A stretch of DNA of 64,000 nucleotides, taken from Chitinophagales bacterium (lineage in GTDB: Bacteria > Bacteroidota > Bacteroidia > Chitinophagales > JABDMM01). A program made the position numbers and the translations under genes. Positions 27,441 through 36,905 of this stretch are shown piece after piece. Every line of letters begins with the position of its first letter. Position 1 is the first letter of the stretch. A model generated the notes under the pieces. That model worked only from the letters and a program-made list of their open reading frames with translations. It did not search any database and had not been told where the DNA came from. The stretch spans positions 11,385 through 75,384 of the forward strand of contig JABDMM010000029.1 of NCBI GenBank assembly GCA_013001465.1, given 5' to 3'.

Positions 27441-28802
27441 ATGTCGACAAAATCCAGTTTTGCAGCCCTGCTGTTCTTTACTCTATTTTTTCTTACTCAG
27501 TGCACAGCACAGAAACTAGTTTCGGGGCCAATGCCTGGTTATACGGAACATTTTGAATCTCTTATTTGGCTTGAAGTTGCTTCCGATGTCCTCAAGGTTG
27601 AGATAAAGTATCGAAAACTTGGAGATCAAAAATTCATGAGCTCTCAATATGATGGTCCGCTTCAAAAAAAGTACAATCCAATTAAATTTCAGCTACAGCA
27701 TCTCGAAATGGGTAGTACCTACGAATATGAATTATGGATAGATGGCAAGAAAACATCCTCAGAAAAACAATATACCTTTTCGACAAGAAAACTATGGGAG
27801 TACAGAGAGGCACCTCCTGAGTTTTCTTTCATAATTGGTTCCTGTGCTTACATAAATGATACTCAGTATGATCGCCCCGGAGATCCATACGGACAAGATT
27901 ATCGAATCTTCAAAACCATAGAGAATAATCCTTCCGAATTTATGATTTGGCTGGGGGACAACAACTACTTGCGCGAAGTAGATTGGAGCTCTGAAAGTGG
28001 TATACAGTACAGATATCACAACGACAGGAAGTTACCTGAGATGCAGGGACTTCTCAGCTCCCGAAATCATTTTGCAACCTGGGACGACCACGACTATGGG
28101 CCAAATGATTCCGATAAATCGTACAGACTAAAAAACGTCTCCTTACAGGCCTTTAAAGACTATTGGGGAAACCAGACATATGGAGAAGATAAGAATCCAG
28201 GCGTGTATTCGAGTTTTTCATGGGCAGATGCAGACTTTTTTCTACTCGATAACCGATACCATAGATCAAACAACAGATATCCTGACGACTCACCAGAAAA
28301 AACTTTTTTAGGGAATAAGCAGATGGAATGGCTGAAAAACAGCCTGCTTTCTTCGCGTGCAAGGTTTAAATTTATTGTTTGTGGTTCTCAAATGCTGAAC
28401 CTACACAATAGAAATGAAGCTTTTGCAAGATATGCTAATGAGTTTGAAGAGCTGATGAATTTTATAGTTGAGGCTGACATTTGGGGTGTGGTTTTTATTT
28501 CGGGAGACAGGCATTTTTCAGAAATCATCAAAAGAGAGCAAGCTTCTTTTTATACTCTTTATGATATAACAAGTTCCCCATTGACCGCCCGCCCTTATTT
28601 CAGCGTTCTAAAAGGAAAAGAAGGTGAAAATCCGGACCGGGTTGAAGGCAAGGTCGCTGTTGAACAAAACTTCATCAAAATTTCAGTTCAGGGTGAAGAA
28701 CGCACAGATCGAAACTTACTGATACAATGCTTTGATATCGACAATAAAGAGCTTTGGAATTTTAAGATCGATGATGACCAACTTAGGCCAGCCCGAGATT
28801 AA
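27441..28802 (+). CDS. PhoD-like alkaline phosphatase / metallophosphoesterase
   Basis: Signal peptide plus WLGDNNY and WDDHDYGPND motifs. ATG at 27441 is preferred to the TTG at 27420. Confidence 0.8.
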   Translation: MSTKSSFAALLFFTLFFLTQCTAQKLVSGPMPGYTEHFESLIWLEVASDVLKVEIKYRKLGDQKFMSSQYDGPLQKKYNPIKFQLQHLEMGSTYEYELWIDGKKTSSEKQYTFSTRKLWEYREAPPEFSFIIGSCAYINDTQYDRPGDPYGQDYRIFKTIENNPSEFMIWLGDNNYLREVDWSSESGIQYRYHNDRKLPEMQGLLSSRNHFATWDDHDYGPNDSDKSYRLKNVSLQAFKDYWGNQTYGEDKNPGVYSSFSWADADFFLLDNRYHRSNNRYPDDSPEKTFLGNKQMEWLKNSLLSSRARFKFIVCGSQMLNLHNRNEAFARYANEFEELMNFIVEADIWGVVFISGDRHFSEIIKREQASFYTLYDITSSPLTARPYFSVLKGKEGENPDRVEGKVAVEQNFIKISVQGEERTDRNLLIQCFDIDNKELWNFKIDDDQLRPARD

Positions 28803-29472
28803 TTCTTATTTACTACCTCTGATAGATGCATTTAAAGCATCTGCAGACTCAGTTCACGCTGATCGTATGAGTGCTTACATGAAAAACAACTTCCCTTTTT
28901 TCGGGATTTCATCACCACATAGAAAAGAATTGATGCGGGAATTCTTGAAAGAGTATTCTTATCCCCAGCCTACACTGTTTCCAGATGTCATTGTTTCTTG
29001 TTTTCAGCAGCATGAAAGAGAACTCCAGTACTTCGCAGTAGATATCCTAACTAAAAAGATAGATAAGCAGAATAAAGAAACAATTGAGTTAGCAGAATGG
29101 ATGATTGTAACAAAGTCATGGTGGGATTCAGTAGACGCAATTGCATCAAATATAATTGGACCTTTGCTGCTGAAATTTCCAGAACTGAGAAATCGTAGTG
29201 ATGGGTATTTGAAAAGCGATAACATGTGGCTTCGGCGAACAGCATTATTGCATCAGTTAAAGTATAAAGATCAAACTGACGAGGAGAAATTGTTTGCATA
29301 CTGTCAAGAATTGTCTGATGAGAAAGGATTTTTTATAAGGAAAGCAATTGGGTGGGCACTCAGAGAATACAGCAAGACGGATCCTAAGTCTGTCATCAAC
29401 TTTGTAAACAAAATACAGATTTCAGCATTAAGTAGGAAAGAAGCATTAAAATGGCTCAACAACAAATCATAA
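28771..29472 (+). CDS. DNA alkylation repair protein (AlkD-like HEAT repeat)
   Basis: ..RMSAYMKNNFPFFGISSPHRKEL...FIRKAIGWALREYSK. The start is uncertain: the track gives 28732, and ATG at 28771 gives less overlap with phoD. Confidence 0.75.
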   Translation: MMTNLGQPEINSYLLPLIDAFKASADSVHADRMSAYMKNNFPFFGISSPHRKELMREFLKEYSYPQPTLFPDVIVSCFQQHERELQYFAVDILTKKIDKQNKETIELAEWMIVTKSWWDSVDAIASNIIGPLLLKFPELRNRSDGYLKSDNMWLRRTALLHQLKYKDQTDEEKLFAYCQELSDEKGFFIRKAIGWALREYSKTDPKSVINFVNKIQISALSRKEALKWLNNKS

Positions 29473-29999
29473 AATCACTTTTGTTCGGTGTCTTTGGAAT
29501 TATTATCATAGGTATACTTGGTTATTTGAGTATTGGAATCCTTGCCCCGGAAGAATACACAGGAATTATAAGCGAGGAGATCGAAGTTCCTGAGCGATTT
29601 ATCTGGACGTATCTCACAGAAATTGATTCACTACCTGCCAAAAGAAAAGATATTGAAAAAGTAGAAATGCTTGGTTTGAATGAGCTCAATTTAGAAAAGT
29701 GGCGAGAATATACTGATAGTAAAGGCTTTGTAGAAATGGAGTTCATGGAAAAAGTGCCGGATCGCAGAGTAATTGTTAAAATGAGTCGAAGTTCATTTGG
29801 AATGACCGGAAAATGGACATATGAGTTTACTCCCTTGAACAATGAAAAAACCAAACTCACCGTTAAAGAAGAGAGTACCGCAGAAAGATTCATTCCTCGT
29901 GCAATGTTAACAATAGGTGGACGTGACTCTTATCTCATAAACCAGATCCAAATAATTAAAGATGTTTATGCCAGCGAGTCAACCAAAACAGAAGAATAA
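29451..29999 (+). CDS. Hypothetical N-terminally anchored protein (possibly SRPBCC-fold)
   Basis: 182 aa with an N-terminal TM helix. The family assignment is weak. Confidence 0.4.
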   Translation: MAQQQIIKSLLFGVFGIIIIGILGYLSIGILAPEEYTGIISEEIEVPERFIWTYLTEIDSLPAKRKDIEKVEMLGLNELNLEKWREYTDSKGFVEMEFMEKVPDRRVIVKMSRSSFGMTGKWTYEFTPLNNEKTKLTVKEESTAERFIPRAMLTIGGRDSYLINQIQIIKDVYASESTKTEE

Positions 30000-30166
30000 C
30001 CGTCCTAAGAAATAGAAAAACTTTAATTGTTAATAAAATTGTTTTTTAATTAATTTAAAATAACTTTACTGGTTCGGAACTCTTTTGACACACATTTGTT
30101 AACTTACTGATAACCATTGCCACCACTCACTAAAAGCGAATTATATAAACTAAACAATTACACTGC

Positions 30167-31036
30167 ATGCGACAACTCAAGATCTCTAAATCGATTACTA
30201 ACCGTGAAAGTCAGTCGATTGAAAAATACTTACAAGAAATTGGTAAGGTAGACCTGATTTCGGCTGAAGAGGAAGTCAAATTAGCTCGAAGAATTAAGAA
30301 AGGTGACCAGGAAGCGCTGGAAAAATTGGTTAGAGCGAATCTTCGATTCGTTGTATCGGTTGCAAAGCAATATCAAAACAGCAGTCTGTCGCTGAACGAT
30401 TTAATTAATGAAGGGAATTTGGGGCTCGTAAAAGCAGCACAAAAATTCGATGAAACTAAGGGTTTCAAGTTCATTTCTTATGCTGTTTGGTGGATCCGTC
30501 AATCTATAATGCAGGCACTTGCTGAACACTCCAGACTGGTGAGATTACCTTTGAATAAAGTCGGGTCACTAAGCAAGATCAACAAAGCATTCACAGAGCT
30601 TGAGCAGAAGTTCGAGAGAGAGCCTTCTCCTGAAGAGCTTTCTGAAATTCTTGAGATGACTGCGGATGAAATTGAAACTACTGTTCGTGTTTCATCAAGA
30701 CCTGTTTCTGTAGATGCTCCGTTCGCTGATGGCGAAAGTGGATCTTTGCTCGATGTTCTCGAAAATGGACAAGTTGAGAAAACAGATGGGCGTTTGACAT
30801 ATCAGGATTCCCTGAGTGTTGAAACTCAAAGATCTCTTTCTACGCTTACAGAGAAAGAACAACAAGTGATCAAGCTGTTCTTCGGAATTGGCATACCACA
30901 CCCAATGACGTTGGAAGACATTGGAGAATATCTTGGAATTACTCGCGAAAGAGTTAGGCAAATCAAAGACAAAGCTATCAATAAGCTTCGATCTACTTCT
31001 AGAAGTAAATCACTCAAAGCTTATTTGGCTCAGTAG
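30167..31036 (+). CDS. rpoD: Primary RNA polymerase sigma factor (short Bacteroidota sigma-A)
   Basis: 289 aa. Region 2 ([14 protein letters not shown]...[18 protein letters not shown]...[13 protein letters not shown]) and region 4 ([24 protein letters not shown]). Confidence 0.9.
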   Translation: MRQLKISKSITNRESQSIEKYLQEIGKVDLISAEEEVKLARRIKKGDQEALEKLVRANLRFVVSVAKQYQNSSLSLNDLINEGNLGLVKAAQKFDETKGFKFISYAVWWIRQSIMQALAEHSRLVRLPLNKVGSLSKINKAFTELEQKFEREPSPEELSEILEMTADEIETTVRVSSRPVSVDAPFADGESGSLLDVLENGQVEKTDGRLTYQDSLSVETQRSLSTLTEKEQQVIKLFFGIGIPHPMTLEDIGEYLGITRERVRQIKDKAINKLRSTSRSKSLKAYLAQ

Positions 31037-31058
31037 TCCAATCTAATAACCTTTAGAG

Positions 31059-31089
31059 AAGGCTCTCCTTGCACAGGAGGGCCTTTTTT
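31059..31089 (+). terminator. Rho-independent terminator after rpoD
   Basis: A 10-bp stem, aaggctctcc with ggagggcctt (one G-U pair), a 7-nt loop, then TTTTTT. Confidence 0.7.
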
Positions 31090-31107
31090 ATGTGCTGTTG
31101 ATGTAAT

Positions 31108-32640
31108 CTAAGCGATAATACTCACTAAAAGATTGTGAAGCTCCTTACGGTCAGCTTTGCCATTTGCATTGCGTGGGAAACGCTCAACATTGTGAACATC
31201 GTGAGGAATCATATAACTAGGCAGTTTGGATTCAAGGTGAGAAATCAACTTCTCCACTCCAATATTTAGATTTTCGACAAGAAGATGAGGTGTCAGGAGG
31301 CCTTTATGGTTTTTAACAGCGATAAAAGCGACTTTCGCATGAGCACCTAAAAAATTGCGGACAACATGTTCTACCTCGCCAGGTTCTACTCTGTAGCCAT
31401 CAAGCTTTAACTGAAAATCTTTTCTGCCTAAGAAAATATAATTCCCTTCTTCATTAAGATATCCAATGTCCCCGGTATCGTATGCTTTCGAACCATTTGA
31501 CAGAACCAGATATGCCTCTTTAGTCTTCTCTTCATCCTTCCAATATCCATCTGTAACTTGCTTACTACAAAGAGCGATGATTCCTTTTTCACCAGGAGAA
31601 AGAATATTGTGATCCTGGTCTAAAATATAGAATTCCATACCTGGCACAGGTTTACCTATAGGAACAACTCCATTAACCGCTTGTGAAAATGATTCATCGT
31701 TTGACCAGACATACATTGAAGAAGCGCCCGGGCACTCAGAGGGTCCATATATATTTTGAATGATAGCATCCTCTGATAAGCAAGATGACCACTCCACCAT
31801 CAATTCATGTAAAAGAGGTTCACCACAAAACATACTATATCTCAAGGCTGGAAGTTGTAGTTCCTTAATGTAGGGTTTGATATATAACAATGTTGATGGG
31901 ACCAGCATTGAAACAGTGATGTCATGGTCAAGTAGTATGCTTATTATATTATAATACTTAATACCTTCTTCAGGAACAACAAAGCAACTCGCTCCCATAG
32001 AAAGGGGGATGAAGGTCATCATTCCTGCCAGATCAAAGGTCCAATCAAACATTTGGAGAAATCTGTCATCGCTGGAAAGATCATATTGCGATTTGTCAAA
32101 GTATAGTGTAATGAAGTGAGCAAGATTAACGTGCTTCACTAAAACTCCCTTGGGGCGGCCGGTGCTACCTGAGGTGAATAGCATGTATGCAAAGCTGTCA
32201 GCATCAATTTCATTAACAAAAACATCACAATCATCACCTGTTTCAACAGATGTAAGATCGATGCTGCAAAGACCAGCAGCTTTTATATCATATGAATGTT
32301 TTGAAATTTGTAACGGTAGATCACAGTATAACATTACCGAGATCTCAGACTCCTCTATTATTTCCTTAAACCTGTCGTATGGGTTATGCCTGTTTATCGG
32401 TATATACGGAATTCCTGACATTACCAGTGCGATGATTGCCGCATAAGTATGAACATCCTGACCGGTAATTACACCAACAAAGTTCTGATGATTGAAATTT
32501 CTTTCTGCAAACTCTTTTTGGTAGTTCGCCACCAGATTACCTAGGTCATTATAGGTATACCTCTCATTATTGCAGAATAATGCAAGATTACCTCCATGGT
32601 TTTGGAAGCTCTCAATAAAATATTCTGGCAATAGTTTCAT
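31108..32640 (-). CDS. Stand-alone NRPS/DltA-type adenylation enzyme (amino-acid activating)
   Basis: 510 aa with A-domain core motifs: YMLFTSGSTGRPKGV (A3), TFDLAG (A4, Asp retained), NIYGPSE (A5), YDTGDIG (A7), GRKDFQLKLDGYRVEPGEVE (A8), NGKADRKEL (A10). No fused T or C domain. Confidence 0.8.
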   Translation of the reverse strand: MKLLPEYFIESFQNHGGNLALFCNNERYTYNDLGNLVANYQKEFAERNFNHQNFVGVITGQDVHTYAAIIALVMSGIPYIPINRHNPYDRFKEIIEESEISVMLYCDLPLQISKHSYDIKAAGLCSIDLTSVETGDDCDVFVNEIDADSFAYMLFTSGSTGRPKGVLVKHVNLAHFITLYFDKSQYDLSSDDRFLQMFDWTFDLAGMMTFIPLSMGASCFVVPEEGIKYYNIISILLDHDITVSMLVPSTLLYIKPYIKELQLPALRYSMFCGEPLLHELMVEWSSCLSEDAIIQNIYGPSECPGASSMYVWSNDESFSQAVNGVVPIGKPVPGMEFYILDQDHNILSPGEKGIIALCSKQVTDGYWKDEEKTKEAYLVLSNGSKAYDTGDIGYLNEEGNYIFLGRKDFQLKLDGYRVEPGEVEHVVRNFLGAHAKVAFIAVKNHKGLLTPHLLVENLNIGVEKLISHLESKLPSYMIPHDVHNVERFPRNANGKADRKELHNLLVSIIA

Positions 32641-32675
32641 TCAGGCATTATTCTTTTCTTTCTAATACGGAGGAA

Positions 32676-33020
32676 TTACGCTCTGTTGTTTTCATCCGGA
32701 AAAACGATCTTGGGTTGGATATTTTTAGCTTTGTCTTTTTCTACAAGGCCGTAACTTAACACAATAACGATATCGCCAACTTCGGCCTTTCTTGCAAGAG
32801 GTCCGTTGAGACATATAACTCCACTTCCGCGCTCCCCTTTTAATACATATGTTTCAGACCGTTCTCCATTATTGACATTACAGATCAGTACTTGCTCACC
32901 TTCTATCAAGTCGGCTTTATCCATTAGATCTTCATCTATGGTAATACTGCCAATATAGTTAAGCTCAGTTTCAGTTATTCTGGCTCTGTGAATTTTAGAT
33001 TTCAGTACTGATATAAGCAT
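32676..33020 (-). CDS. panD: Aspartate 1-decarboxylase proenzyme
   Basis: 114 aa. The start is LKSKIHRARITETELNYIGSITID, with the Gly-Ser self-cleavage site. It aligns along its length with E. coli PanD from memory. Confidence 0.9.
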   Translation of the reverse strand: MLISVLKSKIHRARITETELNYIGSITIDEDLMDKADLIEGEQVLICNVNNGERSETYVLKGERGSGVICLNGPLARKAEVGDIVIVLSYGLVEKDKAKNIQPKIVFPDENNRA

Positions 33021-33038
33021 CTCTTCGCATTATTTATT

Positions 33039-34298
33039 TCATGATCTTCCCTCATTCTCATCTTTAGCTCCTACCAAAACAGCCATGCTGCCGGGTAGAT
33101 GTTTATTATCATACATCTTTTGAACACTATCGCCTATTTTATCATATGGAAAAACTTCAGAAACGATGGGTTCAATTTCTTTATTTCTAACTAAGTCATT
33201 AAACAAAGTATGCTCTTCGACACTAGCACCGTGAGACCCTTGTACCCTTTTTTTAAAGATCCATAAAAAACGTAGGTCGAAAGAAGCCATATACCCGGTA
33301 GTTCCTGCACATGTTATTACCATTCCTCCGGGATCACAAACAAATAATGAAGTTGGGAAAGTCATTTCTCCAGGGTGTTCAAGCACTATAAATGGAGCTT
33401 TGCCTCCAGTGATAGTTAGCAGTTCTTTGTTAAAGGCTTTTACACCCTTTCTCCATTCGAGGTATGCCGGGTCGTCCTGAACAGCAGTTTTCAACGCGCC
33501 CCAGTGTGAATAATTACTCCTGTTTATGGTAAGCGCACCTAGCTTTTTACAAAATTCTGCTCTTTCATCACTACTAACTACTGCAACCGGAATACCTCCA
33601 GCTCTCTTGACTAGTTGTATACCCATTACACCAAGCCCCCCGGAACCTCCCCAGATCAAAACCACATCTCCCTTTTTAACGGTATGTGGATGGTGGTGTA
33701 GCAACATTCGATAAGCGGTTGCACCGGAAAGCATATAGACAGAGGACTCCGCCCAGCTTAGATGTTTTGGTTTCGGAACACATTGAAAATGTTTTGCTTT
33801 ACAAAATTGAGCAAACGATCCCCAATTTGTCTCAAAACCCCATGCCCGTAATGTCGTTGAAAGCATATCATCGCCGCCTGCTGCCAGATATGGTTCATTG
33901 GGATCGATATGTGCGGGTAATACAACGATCTCGTCTCCAACAGAGACGTTCTTTACATCTTTTCCAATTTTCCAGACTATACCGGATGCATCAGATCCCG
34001 CTATATGAAAATCGCCATTAGCCTCACCTCTGATTTCTCTTAATTTAATGACATCTACGGGATAGCCTGTTGAGGCCCAAACGCAATTATAGTTGACTCC
34101 CGCAGCTTTTACAGCTATCAGAACTTCATCATCCGCTATTTCTGGTACTTTTATTTTTTCTGGCTTGTAAGCATCTTTAGGCTCCCCGAACCGGTCCTGT
34201 CTTATTACTTGTGCATGCATGTACTCAGGCACTACGCCTAGTTCTGGTAGGCTGCCCACGTCAACAATTTCTACTTTATCAATTTTAGAACTTTCCAT
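33039..34298 (-). CDS. Crotonyl-CoA carboxylase/reductase (CCR) family enoyl-CoA reductase
   Basis: 419 aa, aligned by eye to Streptomyces CCR. Shared stretches include AAGVNYNCVW, AWGFETNWGSFAQF...PKPKHLSWAE, VLIWGGSGGLG and GSHGAS. The Asn, Phe-Glu and His positions of the CO2 pocket appear conserved. Confidence 0.75.
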   Translation of the reverse strand: MESSKIDKVEIVDVGSLPELGVVPEYMHAQVIRQDRFGEPKDAYKPEKIKVPEIADDEVLIAVKAAGVNYNCVWASTGYPVDVIKLREIRGEANGDFHIAGSDASGIVWKIGKDVKNVSVGDEIVVLPAHIDPNEPYLAAGGDDMLSTTLRAWGFETNWGSFAQFCKAKHFQCVPKPKHLSWAESSVYMLSGATAYRMLLHHHPHTVKKGDVVLIWGGSGGLGVMGIQLVKRAGGIPVAVVSSDERAEFCKKLGALTINRSNYSHWGALKTAVQDDPAYLEWRKGVKAFNKELLTITGGKAPFIVLEHPGEMTFPTSLFVCDPGGMVITCAGTTGYMASFDLRFLWIFKKRVQGSHGASVEEHTLFNDLVRNKEIEPIVSEVFPYDKIGDSVQKMYDNKHLPGSMAVLVGAKDENEGRS

Positions 34299-34311
34299 TA
34301 GATTTCTTTTT

Positions 34312-35868
34312 TTATTGAACCGCTTTGTCTTTTCCTTCCCAAAAAGGAGCTCTTAGCTTTCTTCGCAACAATTTCCCTCTTGGGCTACGCGGTAATTCGT
34401 TTTTCCACTCTACCCTTATAGGTCTTTTGTATTCCGGTAAATGGTCGATACACCAGTTCAGTAAGTCTTTGTCATCCATTTCGCCATTAAATGGAACAGC
34501 AATAACGCAAAGCCCTTCACCATATAAATCATGAGGAATTCCGACAACTGCGACATCTTTTATCCTGGGATGCTTCAGCAATTCTTTTTCAACCTCGGCC
34601 GGGAAAATATTGATCCCTCTTGAGACGATCATATCATTTATCCTATCCACAAGAAATAGATAGCCCTCACTGTCTAAAAACCCTACATCACCCGAATGAA
34701 ACCATCCTTGGTCGTCAAACATTTTTTCATTTCGTTCTTCAAGGTTCCAGTATCCATCAATTACATTTGGCCCTCTCAAACATACCTCCCCGGATTCATT
34801 TGTTCCGGCTATGGATCCGTCAGCTTTCATAATAACAAGCTCAACGTCATGAAGTGGTCGACCAACAGACTTTATAATGTCTTGATACTTTGAATCTTTA
34901 TCATTCATATAGTTTACATGATCATCGAACCTTAAAAGAGTAGATATCCCTGTGGTTTCAGTTAGGCCATATCCCTGCGTCATATAGCATTCAAACAGTT
35001 CAATGGCTTTGGCAATTACATTTAACGTGGAAGGCGAACCTCCATATTGAATATGCTGAAGAGAAGAGAAATCATATACTTCTGAGCCTTTCATCTCGAC
35101 AATAGATTGCATCATAACCGGAGCGAGGTGTCCGTTTGTTACTTTATATTCCTGTACGGCCTCACAAAAGCCTTTTGGACTAAACATTTCCAGCAATACA
35201 TTGGTACAGCCCACATACAGTCCAAGTATAAAAAACCCAATCCCGGGCATGCTATGTAGTTTGGCTTCAACAAGATTGACAGAACTTGATCCCAGGCATG
35301 GCGTCTCGTTCACTACTTTATTCAATTCAAAGAATAGGTTTGCATTTGAAATAGGGACGCCTTTTGGATAGCCTGTAGTGCCTGATGTATAAAGATGAAA
35401 TAGACAGTCTTTTGTGTTTACTTCAACATTCAAATTTTCTGTTTTGTCCTTGTATTCCTTCTGAATCTTCGGATAAAGTGTTTCAAGAACATGTGAAGGG
35501 ACATTAAATTCTCGATTAGCGTCTTTAACCACCTTTTCGAAATACTCGCTATAAAATACGTGTTTAACTGTTGAGTCCTTTATTACATGGGCCAACTCAT
35601 CAGAATTGTATTCGTAGTTAAGTGGGACTGGAATAATACCTGCATTTATTGCAGCATGAAAAAACTGAATTATCAGGTCGTTGTTGAGATCAAGTATTCC
35701 AATTCGATCCCCTTTTTTGAGACCCAGATCAGTGAAATAATGAGCAACTCTATTTATGTCGTTGTTGAATTCTTTATAGCTAAAGACTTTGTCCTCGAAC
35801 ATATATGCTGTTCTAAGGGGATGAGCCCCGGCTCTGTATTCTATTAACGATTTAAATGTTTCGGCCAT
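34312..35868 (-). CDS. ANL-family acyl-CoA synthetase / AMP-dependent ligase
   Basis: 518 aa. Motifs LYTSGTTGYPKGV, GYGLTETT, FHSGDVGFLDSEGYLFLVDRINDMI and PRSPRGKLLRR. Confidence 0.85.
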   Translation of the reverse strand: MAETFKSLIEYRAGAHPLRTAYMFEDKVFSYKEFNNDINRVAHYFTDLGLKKGDRIGILDLNNDLIIQFFHAAINAGIIPVPLNYEYNSDELAHVIKDSTVKHVFYSEYFEKVVKDANREFNVPSHVLETLYPKIQKEYKDKTENLNVEVNTKDCLFHLYTSGTTGYPKGVPISNANLFFELNKVVNETPCLGSSSVNLVEAKLHSMPGIGFFILGLYVGCTNVLLEMFSPKGFCEAVQEYKVTNGHLAPVMMQSIVEMKGSEVYDFSSLQHIQYGGSPSTLNVIAKAIELFECYMTQGYGLTETTGISTLLRFDDHVNYMNDKDSKYQDIIKSVGRPLHDVELVIMKADGSIAGTNESGEVCLRGPNVIDGYWNLEERNEKMFDDQGWFHSGDVGFLDSEGYLFLVDRINDMIVSRGINIFPAEVEKELLKHPRIKDVAVVGIPHDLYGEGLCVIAVPFNGEMDDKDLLNWCIDHLPEYKRPIRVEWKNELPRSPRGKLLRRKLRAPFWEGKDKAVQ

Positions 35869-35882
35869 TTTGTTGCGATTGT

Positions 35883-36881
35883 TTATTCAGGGACAACGTA
35901 AAGTGCTGAACCACCAGAAAACCCTGCCCCTGCTGTAAGCATTAATATGGTTTGTCCTGGTTTAAGATCTCTTTTTTCGTATACGGAATTCAGAGTAAAT
36001 GGTATAGTTCCGGCCATGCTATTACCCATAATGTCTATAGTTACTTCCATTTTCTCCAAAGGAATCTCCAAAGCTTCTGCGACTTTTTTCATTACATACA
36101 TGTTTGCCTGATGCATAACAAAATAATCTACATCACCTGGTTTAATTCCATATGAACTACATACCTTTTCTCCAAGGTTTTTCATAACTGCTACAGCTCT
36201 TTGAAGAAACTCTTTACTATCAATCGTCATAATAGTACCATGCAATCCATCATCGAGTGTTTTATGTGTGGGGGGTATAAGGCTTCCACCAGCAGGGACA
36301 TTCAATTTGTCGATCCCGTAGCCATCTTGCCACAATGCAATTTCCATGAACCCTTCCTCTGTGGAGCATTTGCTTAAAACAACTGCGCCGGCACCATCAC
36401 CAAAAACGGGGATAAATCTTTCATCCTTTTTAGTAAGGAAACGAGATTTTATATCGGCACCTGCAACGAGAACATATTCTGCACCGGTTGCTAATAATCG
36501 TACAGCTCTGTCTAACGCATAAACAAAAGATGCACAAGCATTAACTGTATCTTCTGCAGGGCATGTCGCACCAAGAATGTGCTGAATCCTACCTGCGGCA
36601 GCAAGGCTAGTATAATCTGCCGTACCGGTTCCAAGAATAATTCTGTCGAGTTGCTCTGGTTTGATATTGGCGCGCTCCATAGCTATTTTACAGGCTTCCG
36701 CCGCCATGTGGCTCGTTCCTGTACCTTCATCAGCCCAATGTCTTGTGGTTATACCTACTACTTTTTCGATATACTCAGGATCCAGATCCAGATCCCATGC
36801 ATCGATCACTTCCTGATTGGTTACAGGTTTGCCCGGCAAATGACCACCGGTTCCGATAATTTTAACTCCCCAACCTTTCAT
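35883..36881 (-). CDS. FabH-like beta-ketoacyl synthase III
   Basis: 332 aa. Cys-His-Asn triad motifs NACASFVYAL, MHQANMYV and MGNSMAGT, with a C-terminal GAGFSGGSA. Confidence 0.85.
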   Translation of the reverse strand: MKGWGVKIIGTGGHLPGKPVTNQEVIDAWDLDLDPEYIEKVVGITTRHWADEGTGTSHMAAEACKIAMERANIKPEQLDRIILGTGTADYTSLAAAGRIQHILGATCPAEDTVNACASFVYALDRAVRLLATGAEYVLVAGADIKSRFLTKKDERFIPVFGDGAGAVVLSKCSTEEGFMEIALWQDGYGIDKLNVPAGGSLIPPTHKTLDDGLHGTIMTIDSKEFLQRAVAVMKNLGEKVCSSYGIKPGDVDYFVMHQANMYVMKKVAEALEIPLEKMEVTIDIMGNSMAGTIPFTLNSVYEKRDLKPGQTILMLTAGAGFSGGSALYVVPE

Positions 36882-36905
36882 AGGTTTAACTACTGCCTTA
36901 AATAA

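Noticed and set aside
33526-34021. Plus-strand ORFs of 62 and 111 aa, and a minus-strand 60-aa ORF, inside the CCR gene
   Set aside because: They are out of frame or antisense to a gene with full-length CCR similarity.
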